A DNA stretch of 64,000 nucleotides from Diplonema japonicum (Eukaryota; Protista; Euglenozoa: Diplonemea), in the NCBI GenBank assembly GCA_964019335.1, contig OZ025656.1:434001-498000 (forward strand). The letters run 5' to 3'. The notes under the pieces were generated by a model that was not told the DNA's origin, did no database searches, and worked only from the letters and a program-made list of their open reading frames with translations. Shown here piece after piece: positions 1 to 10,444 of the stretch. Both the position numbers and the translations under genes were made by a program. Each line of letters opens with the position of its first letter. Position 1 is the stretch's first letter.

Positions 1-1596
1 CACAGGGTCGGCAGTGCGAAAGCTGCTGCAATACGTGCTTCACAATGGGTCACTCCTTTCGTTAAGCGCCACCAGGGACCACACGGCTTCATGTTCACCA
101 ATTCCACGGGATACCAATTGCAACCCACTGTGGTCCCTATCTCCCAAGCAACGCCCACCCCGACACCCCCGAATGTTCTTGCACTGGCTCCCACCCCTCC
201 ACGGTCCTCACCTAAGTTGAAGTTCATTCTTCGTGGTCTTGATGTGCGGCATGAAATGGAGAGTACTGCGCCGCCCCTTGCTATCAAAACCAGAAAGTCC
301 TTGAAGCCGAATATGATGTCGCTCCTTACCAAGGCCGGCAAGACGGACAATAAGCTCGAAATACAGCAGCCTGACGAGGAAGAGGATGAGGACTTCATCC
401 ACAGACTGCTCGAGTCGGTAGAGGACACAATGGACGAGGGAAGCTACAACACCATTAAGGAGACCTTCAACTCGGTGTTCGAACCGCGGGTGGCGAAAGC
501 GGACGAGGCGGCGGAAAATGCACCGAATCCCATGAACAGCGTGGTGCTCCCCGAAGTGAACTCAGCGGAGGAGTGGGAACTGATGGAGAAGATGCTCATC
601 GAAGCCGGGGAAACTCTACCTTTCAATTTGATCGATTCTGTGACAGGGCTCATATTCAACACACCCTCATGCATCAAGGGACACATGCATGCTGTCTATG
701 ACCATGAAACCATCGTCGAGGCGGAAGACCTGCTAGTGGCGGGTGTTCAACCTGGCGACGTGGCGAGATTCCCCGACACTTGGAAACACCCAACACAAGG
801 CACAGCACTGCTTACCATTATCAAAGCGGAGTGGATGGTCCACAGTGCTTGCCAGCACGACATAGATGAAATGAAGCTAAAGGAAGTCGACAGGTGGAAG
901 GCACCGAAACGAGGGAGACTCCACACACTGTTAACCTCACAATGGGAAACCCGAAAAGAAGCCTTAGCCGTAGCAGAGGACATTGCCGTTATGCTGCTTG
1001 GGATAGTAGAGACCGTGATGGACGATAAGTACAGAAGCCTGATGGTAGCGTCGCTTAAGGGAGGCAGGAAGTGGCACGACGTGGCTGTACAGCTTAACGT
1101 CACGGCACAGCTTTACAGGGTTTGCAATGACTTGTCGGAGCAGGTGAGTGACATTGCAGATGAACAAGCTAATCTAGCGAAGAGGATCGAAAAGCTGAAG
1201 ATCCGCGAGGTGTTCGAATCGGCAGCAACGGAACATGGTGCTGCGGTCGTACGCACGGCATTAAAGAAAAGATGGCATGGGCTTCACACGAAAGCTCAAA
1301 CCCTCCGTTTCGTTGCCCTACAAAAGCAGAAGGATCACCTGGCCGCAAAGCAGCGTCTTAACGATCTCTGGAACGAAGGCAAAGGCGTCGCTAGGTACGG
1401 CCCCCCAGGAACGCCCGTGGTGTTCAAATCAAAACCCAACCCAAGCTTCATCAATGAAATGCTTGAAAGCGTTCCTTTGCCTGTAAAACCCGTCGGGCTC
1501 CTCCTCCCGTGGGGAAAGAAAAAGCGAGACCGTGCATTGAAGAGCCACCTTACGGCGGTCACTACGATGCTGACCGCACCCCCTCCACGAAAGTAA
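1..1596 (+). CDS. 5'-truncated hypothetical protein with coiled-coil C-terminal half
   Basis: Frame is open from base 1 through the 91..1596 ORF; coding-like composition; no recognisable family motif. Confidence 0.7.
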   Translation, partial: HRVGSAKAAAIRASQWVTPFVKRHQGPHGFMFTNSTGYQLQPTVVPISQATPTPTPPNVLALAPTPPRSSPKLKFILRGLDVRHEMESTAPPLAIKTRKSLKPNMMSLLTKAGKTDNKLEIQQPDEEEDEDFIHRLLESVEDTMDEGSYNTIKETFNSVFEPRVAKADEAAENAPNPMNSVVLPEVNSAEEWELMEKMLIEAGETLPFNLIDSVTGLIFNTPSCIKGHMHAVYDHETIVEAEDLLVAGVQPGDVARFPDTWKHPTQGTALLTIIKAEWMVHSACQHDIDEMKLKEVDRWKAPKRGRLHTLLTSQWETRKEALAVAEDIAVMLLGIVETVMDDKYRSLMVASLKGGRKWHDVAVQLNVTAQLYRVCNDLSEQVSDIADEQANLAKRIEKLKIREVFESAATEHGAAVVRTALKKRWHGLHTKAQTLRFVALQKQKDHLAAKQRLNDLWNEGKGVARYGPPGTPVVFKSKPNPSFINEMLESVPLPVKPVGLLLPWGKKKRDRALKSHLTAVTTMLTAPPPRK

Positions 1597-1697
1597 TAAC
1601 AAAAAAAATTTTTTTTTCTTACCCTCCCCTTTTTTATATTTCATCACAACGTGGGGGAAAGAAAAAAAGAAGGCGTAATAAAAAAAAAAAGAAAATA

Positions 1698-2957
1698 ATG
1701 CCCCCCACGAAATGGACACAAAACACCACAGCAGAACCCAGAAGGGGTTTGCGTGAAATCAACCCGAATACGGTGGATACACATCACGGTGAGATAAAGC
1801 GGAAACCCCTTCCAGAAGGAATGGACAGAACGGAGACGAGCATTGTCGAGGAAGGCATGGAAATACCGACGCCCCTGCCGCGGTGCGCGTACGGGTACAA
1901 CATCAAAGAACAAGACCGGAGCGAAACAACACAACAGGACGAGAAGAAACAACGACTCCCTCTGAACCTCCCTCACGTGAGCAAAACACACATTAAAATC
2001 GGATCGGCGGTCGGTATAATCTGCATAACACTGGCAATATTCGGCATCGTGGCGGTAGTGGCGGTGGCGAGAAACGACCCTCAAGACCCAGTGTGCTATA
2101 CAGGCCTTAGATACCGATTGGTACGCGACGCCACCCACGAGAATTTAACGGGGATCCTCTCCCTGTCTGTCAGAGATCAAAACACAATCGTAATCTGCAG
2201 AGATGACGAAACAGTGATTTCAACAGTCGAAATCGACCCCTCCACACACGACGTCACCATGCAAAACCCGATCGATCCACATCAGGTATCAAAATATTTC
2301 TACAATCCGGTGGACGCTGCTTCCGATGGGTCAACAACATGGATCTCGGATGCACGAATGCATATGGTAGTTGGGGTTAACACAGAGCATCGAAGCGGGG
2401 TGGCTTTGTCACTGGGGAGGTTTGGCCAGTCAGGGGGTGATGATGCCTCCTTCAACGCACCCATCAGTTCTGCTATCGATTCAGATATATTGCTCGTCTT
2501 GGATTCTGGAAACAGCAGGGTCAAAATGTACAATAAAACAACCGGAAAATTCTTGAAATCGATATCCGATCCATCCTTTGGCAATGGTCGTTCTATCGCT
2601 TCCCACAACGGTGTTTTTTACGCAGCGTGCCGTGATGGGATTCACGTTTACGATTATGTGAATGGAACAAAGCAAGGCGTGTTCGACTTACGTTACCCGG
2701 ACGCTCCGTTGGATTCGCTTAGAAACTCTTTGAAAAACTGGTATTGGAAGGATGATGTTTCTTCAGTTTCGGTGACGCCGACAGAGCACTTGCTGACGTC
2801 GGAAGGGGGGCAGGTTTACCTTCGCTCGCTGTCCGGAGACCTGATTTGTAGATTCGGATCCGCGAGAAACCCAACATCTGCGGTCATGTTGAAGGACCAA
2901 CGGATCCTGATGTCTGAGAAAGGAAGGATACAAGTATATTCCTTGTCTAGATCGTAG
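1698..2957 (+). CDS. Single-pass membrane protein with NHL-like beta-propeller domain
   Basis: ATG 1698 after an A-rich leader; TM IGSAVGIICITLAIFGIVAVVAVA; NHL-like repeats (GRFGQSGGDDASFNAP, LLVLDSGNSRVKMY). Confidence 0.65.
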   Translation: MPPTKWTQNTTAEPRRGLREINPNTVDTHHGEIKRKPLPEGMDRTETSIVEEGMEIPTPLPRCAYGYNIKEQDRSETTQQDEKKQRLPLNLPHVSKTHIKIGSAVGIICITLAIFGIVAVVAVARNDPQDPVCYTGLRYRLVRDATHENLTGILSLSVRDQNTIVICRDDETVISTVEIDPSTHDVTMQNPIDPHQVSKYFYNPVDAASDGSTTWISDARMHMVVGVNTEHRSGVALSLGRFGQSGGDDASFNAPISSAIDSDILLVLDSGNSRVKMYNKTTGKFLKSISDPSFGNGRSIASHNGVFYAACRDGIHVYDYVNGTKQGVFDLRYPDAPLDSLRNSLKNWYWKDDVSSVSVTPTEHLLTSEGGQVYLRSLSGDLICRFGSARNPTSAVMLKDQRILMSEKGRIQVYSLSRS

Positions 2958-2968
2958 AATTTGTTAAA

Positions 2969-3004
<36 letters not shown>

Positions 3005-3095
3005 GTGAGTTCAAAAAAAAGGGGGGGAAGAAGGGGAAAAAAAAAAAAAAAAAAAAAAAAAAAGGGAAAAGAAAAAAAAAAAGCGAGAGAGAGAG

Positions 3096-3655
3096 ATGGG
3101 TAACAACCACTCGTTCAGCGCCGAGGAATTGGAGGAATTACAGAAGGGGACCTCATTCACGCAAGAGCAGATTATCAAGTTGCATAAAAGGTTTAGAAAG
3201 TTGGATACCAACGGGGACGGGGAGATTTCCTGGGACGAGTTCGAATCTATACCACATCTGCAGCAAAATCCATTACTAGGACGGTATTTTTTTTTTTTTT
3301 TTTTTTGAGGGAGAGGAAAAAAAAAAATCAGGGTGCTCACGATCTTCGACACCAACAAGGACCGCAGTGTTAATTTCCGAGAGTTCGTCAAGGCCCTGGC
3401 TATTTTCTCAAATGACTGTGCAAAGGAGGAGAAGCTCAACTTCACCTACAAAATGTACGACATAGATGGCGACAACAGAATCAGCAATAGGGATCTTTTC
3501 CAGACATTACAAGTATTTGAAAGAAGGGGAAATAATAATAAAAAAAAAAAAAAAAAAAAAAATCCAGATTATGGTTGGTACAAACTTGTCTGACATCCAG
3601 TTGCAGCAGATTGTCGATAAGACTTTCATTGAAGCAGACGAAAACAGGTGTAAAC

Positions 3656-3687
<32 letters not shown>

Positions 3688-3777
3688 TTGCGTAGGGACG
3701 GGTACATCGATTTCAATGAATTTGTGAAAATAGTCGAGGCGAGTGACTTCGGGGACAAGCTCACACTTCAGTTCTAG
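3096..3777 (+). CDS. CNB1: Calcineurin B regulatory subunit (4 exons; introns 3284-3331, 3513-3567, 3648-3695)
   Basis: MGNN myristoylation start; four EF-hands (DTNGDGEIS, DTNKDRSVN, DIDGDNRIS, DENRDGYID); MVGTNLSDIQLQQIVDKT signature; GT-AG introns restore the frame. Confidence 0.93.
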
Positions 3778-4202
3778 TAGAGGATGTGGGGGGGGTTTTT
3801 TTTTAAAGAAAAAAAGAAAAGAAATATTCACACTCACATTTCCCCTCCCCACCCCTACTTCGCTTACCTTTTTTATGGGAGTGTTGAATGGAAGATAGGG
3901 GGAGAGAGAGGGAGGGAGGGGGGAGAGAGAGGGAGGGGGGAGAGAGAGCAAGTGTACGACTGTAGATATATATATATTTTTTTTTTAAAACTTGGCTGGA
4001 ATGCCAAAAAAGAATTTGAAAAAAAAGGGGGGGGATACCCCAATGTTTTTGCCGATTTCCCCATTTTTTTTTCACCCTGCTGTGTGTACACCGTTTGCTT
4101 CTTTTTTTTTTCCGTTAAAACATTAACAAAAAACTCTTACAATAATAAAAGAGTTTCTCCCCCCCCCCGTTTTTTTTTAGTAAAAAGATAACAAGGGAAC
4201 GG

Positions 4203-4238
<36 letters not shown>

Positions 4239-5050
4239 TGTCAAAGAAAATTCTTTTTGCTTTTATAAGCCCTTTTTCATGGATTTCACAAAAAAAAAAG
4301 AACTAGGATCCTTAGGCCTAAGGAAGGGTTGACAAGATATCGAATTGTTTATTGCGAAAGCGGTATAATGGGGGGAGAGAGGAATGGAGCGAAAGGAAAA
4401 GGTTGTGCGAACAACTGCCCCATTGTGTGTCTTTTTTTTAACTATTATCTCCCCCCCCCTTTTTTCTGCAAGCACTCTGAGTCTCCAGTTTCCCCTCCCT
4501 TTTTTTCATGTATGTTCAACAAGCCCTCCTCCCCCCCTTTTTTTTTTGCAAGAAAGAGTCTTTTGACTTGTCTACGGGTTATAAATTGACTACCGCAACG
4601 GCCAGTTCCTCGTTCCCTTTTTCCTTCCTTAGAGGAATCTTTTTTTTTTTTCTTTCGCCTTCCTATTTACCTATTTTCGGTGCCTGTACAAGCACGGAAG
4701 GAGGGAAAAAAAAGGAAAACCCCCCGCCCAACACTCCTTCCCCCCCTTCGCATTTTTTTTTTTTTTTTTTTTTTTTTTTGGCCAACCCTTGTTATTACAT
4801 AATACCTTCCCGTTCCTCTTATCCAGGGCCCAGCAAAAAAAAAAAAAAAAAAGAAGAAAAAAAAAAGAAAACAGGGAAAAAAAAAACCCCCCCTTGCTTC
4901 CCAAAGATGGTTTTTTTTTTTTTTTTTTTTTTTTTTTTCCCCATCCTTTTTTTTTTTTTATAGTTCACTTTTTTTTTTCTCTCTAAGTTATGCTTCCCCA
5001 TTCTTAAAGTTTAAAAAGAAAAAAAAAAAAACAGGGAGGGGGTGGGGATA

Positions 5051-7887
5051 ATGGCTGTACCCACGAGATCGGTGTTGGTGGTGGGACACAGAGACAGCAA
5101 TGCATTTGAGTTGCTGGGGACTTTGACAGCGAAGAAGAAGAGCCTTACCCTACCATGCCTTCACAGGGTGAAGATAGAGTCAGCTGACGGGATCCTCCAT
5201 GCCGACCTGCAGCTCTGGATGCGCATGGACCCCAACTCCCCATCCCAAGGAGAACCTGACACCCACGACGCTGTAGTAGTTGTTTACGACGCCTTTAAAA
5301 AAAACACCTGCGACATCTTGCAAAACGAATGGAAAGAGAAAATCGCCTCATTTGAAAGCCCTAAGGTGCTTGTTGCCACTGGGCTTGAAGAAGGTGTCGA
5401 GCACTTCATATCTGAAGAAAGCAGCGACTCAAACGCGGAGGATCCTAAAATATTTTCCGCAAGTTCTGCCGAGGCACTTTCAGCCGACTTGGGTGTCGTG
5501 GCTTGCTTCGAGCTCAGCAACAGGCTCACACACAGAGTACGCGAGGTCTTCTCCCACGTCCTTCGCTCGGCCATCGATCCGATGAATTCAAAAAAAGACA
5601 TCAGTGAGGATGACATCCGCGATACACGTAACTTGTTGCTCTCCCAGTTGCGTGATAAAAACATTGGAGTTCCTCTCGAAAAGCCGAAGCGTGTCAAGTC
5701 TGCAGAAGAAGCCCAACAAGCCAAAACTGTCCTTCAAGCCCTTGGCGCGGAGCAAACATGGAAACCCCATAAATCGCGGAACGGACGGACGTATTGGAAA
5801 AACACCAAAACGGGCGAGAAAGTCCGGAAAAAAAAAGAGTTCCCGCCCGACTTCGACGGCGAGACCACACAGGAGGAACGTGAAAAAGTTGTGAAAAAAA
5901 AGCTCGAGCACGAGATCGACAAAACACGGTCAAAGCACATCAAAGAGACCGACAAGGAGAGGATAGAACGCATCGCACAAATTGAAGGGAAGAACAGAGA
6001 TGAGTTCGAGTCGGTCATGATGGAGCTCATCGAGACACGCGACGAGCTTAAACAAGAAGTCGAGAAAAAACAAGAGGAGTACAAGTCGATACGTCAAATG
6101 GAAGAGGATAACGGCGTCAGGAGTCACAAGATACAAGACTATGCTTACCTACGAGTCCGCAAGGAGGGCATCATCCAGAAACGTGTCAAGGAAGACATCG
6201 AACACGAAAGGAAGATGGCGGAGCTCCAAGAAGAGCTCGACACACTGGAGAACACGGACCGCGTGAAGCCCATCACCACTGAGAAGTTCGACGCCGTTGC
6301 TAAGTATGTTGATCCCCCCCCCCCCCCCCCCCCCCTATTTCATAACATTTGCAGCGAGAACCGTAGATACCAGCAGACACTCAAAGCAATCCTAGAGGAA
6401 GCAAGGATGATGAAGAATGAAATTAAGAAGGTCGAGAAAGCGTATGAAAAACACACCGCCGGCACAACACATTCCGCAGGTCACGCGAAATGCTTGCCAA
6501 AACCGACACCGAGGAGTTGGGTTGTATGAAAGGTGAGTCGAAGATCCAGAAGATGCGCAACGATCACACAAAACTTCGAGAGACGACATCGGCACTGAGA
6601 AGGGAAAAAGACTTTCTGACCAACGAGCTCATGATGCAGAAGGGGACAGAGGCCGCCCACGCAACACAGCTTCGCGAATGGAAGCGAGAGAAGAAAGCAC
6701 TGACGAACATGATCAGCGAGATCGACGAGAGGATCACACAGCAAGAGGTCCCTATCGCAGAGTACTTGGAAGAAGAAAAGAAGAGGGCCAGGCTCAGGGG
6801 CGGGCCTTTGATACTTGACGAAGAAGACGAAGCACACTGGAAGGCAAGGAAACCCAAAGCGGGAGATTATCGAGCACCTTCTGACAAACAACTGATGCTA
6901 CGGCTGAAGAACGAACACGACAGGCTGTTGCTAGAGTACCAGTTCCTCTGCAGCGACTTGATGGAGAAAGCGACATCCAGCGACGAGGCGTTCGCTGTCT
7001 TGCAGAACTCAGTCGACAGCTACGTAGCAAGCGAACAGACCAAGACGGACGTGTATCAAGCAGTGTCGGAAAATCTGCACAAATTGCTTCTCTTGTTACA
7101 GGACTTGCTGACGACCCGGACACGCGCCCTTCGCAGGCTGGAGTCGAAGGAGAACAAGGTGGGCGACCAGCTCCTCGCTATCGAAAACGCCATGCAAGGC
7201 TTCGTCACCCAGGAACGCTCCGGAGTGGTGTCAGCCGACCTCAAGGACAAGATCGCAAGGACGAGAAGATTGCTCTACAAAAAAACATCTGAAATGGAAA
7301 AGATAACATTACTACGGAAAGAACAGTGCAAGGCGCTCAAGGCCATCTCGAAACAGAAGGAAAAGGTGGTCCGTCGTGTCAGAGAGTCTGCAAACACAGC
7401 AGAGGAGGAAGAAGAAGGCGCCGAGCTGCTTATCAGCGACTGCAGAGAGCTCATCACAGCCGTTGAAGTCCCGAACACAGTAAGGCGCCTGGACACGCAA
7501 TGTAGAACGTTTCTTAGTAAAGCGCTTACCGGTTTGCACACAGAAACGCAGGGTTTGCTTGTCAAGAAATGTTCCGGAAGAAAACCGTTGATGCCTTTCA
7601 AAGGAGGCACTTCAGTAATCTCGCAACGCCCCAACCTCCCTCAAGAGTCCAAGGACAAGGCTTCTGTTTTGAAATCCACGTCTTTGTCGCGAAAACCGTT
7701 CTCTTCCCCCGCTACCAACACCACAACCACCGCCAAGGGAATCAGGCCTTCAAGAACATCCAAAGCTGGACCCGCGCTTTCCTCTGCGAAAGTGCAGTAT
7801 GACCAGTTGGTTGACTCTCTGAAGAAGGAGTTCGGGATGCCACACGAAGGGGGCAAACACACCGGGACTTGGAAGAAAACGTGGTGA
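5051..7887 (+). CDS. Degenerate small-GTPase-like domain + WW domain + long coiled coil (introns 6304-6354, 6442-6479)
   Basis: Ras/Rho-like strand order (VLVVGH, LQLW, AVVVVYD, KVLVAT, CFELS, VREVF) without GKS/T; WW-like WKPHKSRNGRTYWKNTKTGE; a 38-nt GT-AG intron joins the 5042 and 6490 ORFs in frame. Confidence 0.7.
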
Positions 7888-8445
7888 AGTGGAGTTCTTC
7901 GAGAAAAAAAAAGGGGGGGGGGGGGGGGGAACAAAGTTTTACTTTTTTTATATACACAGAATTAGAATATTTCCCATTCACCCTTTTTTCCCCACCAACG
8001 ATTCTAAAGCTACAGTACGCCAGTGCCCTTCAACAGCGCTCTGATCTTGCGGCAGCATTTTCGTCAGAAAATCCAGCCATACTACATCCCAGAGCCTATG
8101 GCGACTTGTGTGACGCACTCTACGACATAAGGAATGGGACCAGCAACCTCCTGCAGCACACCAGGTTTCACGCCCAAGCTGCTGAAGAGATACGACGGGT
8201 CTAAGGCACTAGATGAGTTGGCTGTCGTTAGGCGATCCTGTCACATACTGCAGGTTCCCTTCAAAGATACCCTTTTTCTTTTTTAGGAAAGGGGCTTTTT
8301 GTTTTTTTTTTTTTTTTTGTTTTTTGCTTAGACAATTTGTTATGGTGTAGTAATGTTAGTAATTGTTAGAACGGATTTTAATATATTATATTCTTTTTTG
8401 TATTTTTTTTTTTCTTCTTTGTTTCACGCTTTCTCATCACAGGAA

Positions 8446-8937
8446 ATGAAACTTACTGAACAGGAAATGGTAGGGAAGGGGCTGTCAGTGGGTGACGTGA
8501 CAGCACAATGCAGCCAGAGGTCACCTTCAACCTCTTCAAGCGATACCTGCGATAATAAAGAACACGAAGAACTAGAGGATCTGTATGAAGGCGAACGGTT
8601 AGGAAAGTCGCCCGTAAGCACACCAGCCTACATTATAACCTTCTTAGGCATTGCTACTTTTGCTGTTCTCTCTTACATCACGAGTAATGGAGTGAATTGG
8701 GAGTCCATCGTCATTCTGAAGTTCAGCAGCATAGGACTCGGCCTTGCTGCGGGAGGTTACATCGCACTGCGAAAGTACCGAGAGAACGTACTCGATAAGG
8801 AGTGGGAACAGCTGCAACGGAAACAGCTCATATTGAAGAGAAAGAAACAAATGGAAGGTGCAGCTCCGCACGGGCAACGCTCTATGTCGAAGAAGCCATC
8901 TCGCATGAGGAGCATGAGATTGATAGCGAAACGATAG
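8446..8937 (+). CDS. Small two-TM hypothetical membrane protein
   Basis: ATG follows a polypyrimidine tract and CACAG; two hydrophobic segments then a basic tail. Confidence 0.6.
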   Translation: MKLTEQEMVGKGLSVGDVTAQCSQRSPSTSSSDTCDNKEHEELEDLYEGERLGKSPVSTPAYIITFLGIATFAVLSYITSNGVNWESIVILKFSSIGLGLAAGGYIALRKYRENVLDKEWEQLQRKQLILKRKKQMEGAAPHGQRSMSKKPSRMRSMRLIAKR

Positions 8938-9077
8938 TTTGCTTTACAGCAACGGGGAATGGAAAAAAAAAAAAAAATCTTTTTTTTTAATTTTTTGACT
9001 TGTAACTCCCCCCCCCCCCCCCCCCCTTCCCACTGTCGCAGCAAAAAAAAGAAGAAAAAAAAAGAAGAAAAAAAGTA

Positions 9078-10058
9078 ATGGAGGCCATCATGAAAAACAT
9101 GAGCAGGCTCGCCTTTGGCGTCAGCGGGTTGGGATTCGTGGCATCGCAGTGCACATTCGTAATATACCCCGGTGAGGCAGCGATTATCTATGACAGGCTG
9201 CAGGGTGTTCAGCATGACGTGAAGAAGGAGGGTTTCCACTTCAAGGTATTTATTAAAAATCTTTAAAAAAAAAAAAAAAAACATGTTTTTCCAGGTGCCG
9301 TACCTTCACTACCCTAAAGTTTACGACATCAAGCTGAGACCTGCGGTTATCGAGACAATGACGGGGACGAAGGATCTGCAGAAGGTGAACATCAAGCTTC
9401 GAGTGTTGTTCCAGCCCAACATCGAGAACCTCGGCCGGCTGTATGAAACCCTCGGTTTGGATTACAACGAGAGGGTGCTTCCTTCCATTGGTATAAAAAA
9501 TTGGGGGAAGATAGGGGGAAACAAAAAAAAAAAAAAAAAAGAAAAACCACAGCAAATGAAATCATGAAGGCTGTTGTCGCAGGGTACAACGCTGAGGAGC
9601 TGGTCGTGAAGCGTGAGATGGTGTCGCAAGAGATCAAGAAGACGATCACAGCGAAAGCTTTCAACGATTTCAACATTGTGCTGAGAGATATTTCTCTTAT
9701 GGACATCAGTTTCGGGACGGAGTTCATGCAGGCTGTGGAGGCGAAGCAGGTCGCGCAACAGGAGGCTCAGAAATTCCAGTGGATCGTTCTGAGGAACGAA
9801 CAAGAAAAGCTCGCCGCCATCACCCGAGCTGAGGGTGAGGCCACTGCCGCCAAGATGATCTCCGATGCTGTTGACACTGCGGGTCCTGGGTTGGTATGTT
9901 TCCAATGACAATTTAAGGGGGGGAAGAAAAAAAAAAAAAAAAAGGTTGAGCTCCGTAAAATCGAAGCCGCAAAGGAAATCGCGCAAAATCTCGCCAATTC
10001 TAACAATGTTCAGTACATCCCCGCCAACAACAATGTCATGATGGGGGTCAGGGCGTGA
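9078..10058 (+). CDS. PHB: Prohibitin (SPFH family), 4 exons
   Basis: TGTKDLQKVNIKLRVLFQP, LGLDYNERVLPSI, AVEAKQVAQQEA, RAEGEA, ELRKIEAAKEIA; three GT-AG introns. Confidence 0.95.
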
Positions 10059-10444
10059 AAAAGCAAAATATTTATTTAAAAAAAAAGAAATGGGCGTTGG
10101 TTTTAAAAAAAAGAAGAAGTGTTTGGAAAAGATGTGCTGGAAGAAGAAGGGGGGGGGGGGGGGGGGAGAAGAATACGCATGCGTGATCGCATGGAGCTAT
10201 TTTCTTTTTTGTATTTTTTTGGGGGGGGGAAGATTTTCAAAAAGAAAGGAGAGGGAGAAAGAAAGGAAAAGACGTCTTTCCTCCCCCTCTTTTTTTTCTT
10301 TCTTCCCCCCCACACTCTTTTTTACATTTTTATCTGGTAGTGTCATAACGATTTTTTTCTGTTTTATTTACCTCTATTTCCCCTCCTTCAAGCCCAACAT
10401 AAGAAAGAGGAGAAAAAAAAAAGAGGAAAAAAGAAAAAAACAAT

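Noticed and set aside
4329-4369. TTGACA and TATAAT hexamers resembling a sigma70 promoter
   Set aside because: Spacer is 29 nt rather than ~17 and the context is eukaryotic; chance match
3784-5001. Phe/Lys/Pro/Gly-rich ORFs in intergenic DNA (also 10090-10464, 33289-33717, 55820-56659)
   Set aside because: Translations of homopolymer tracts
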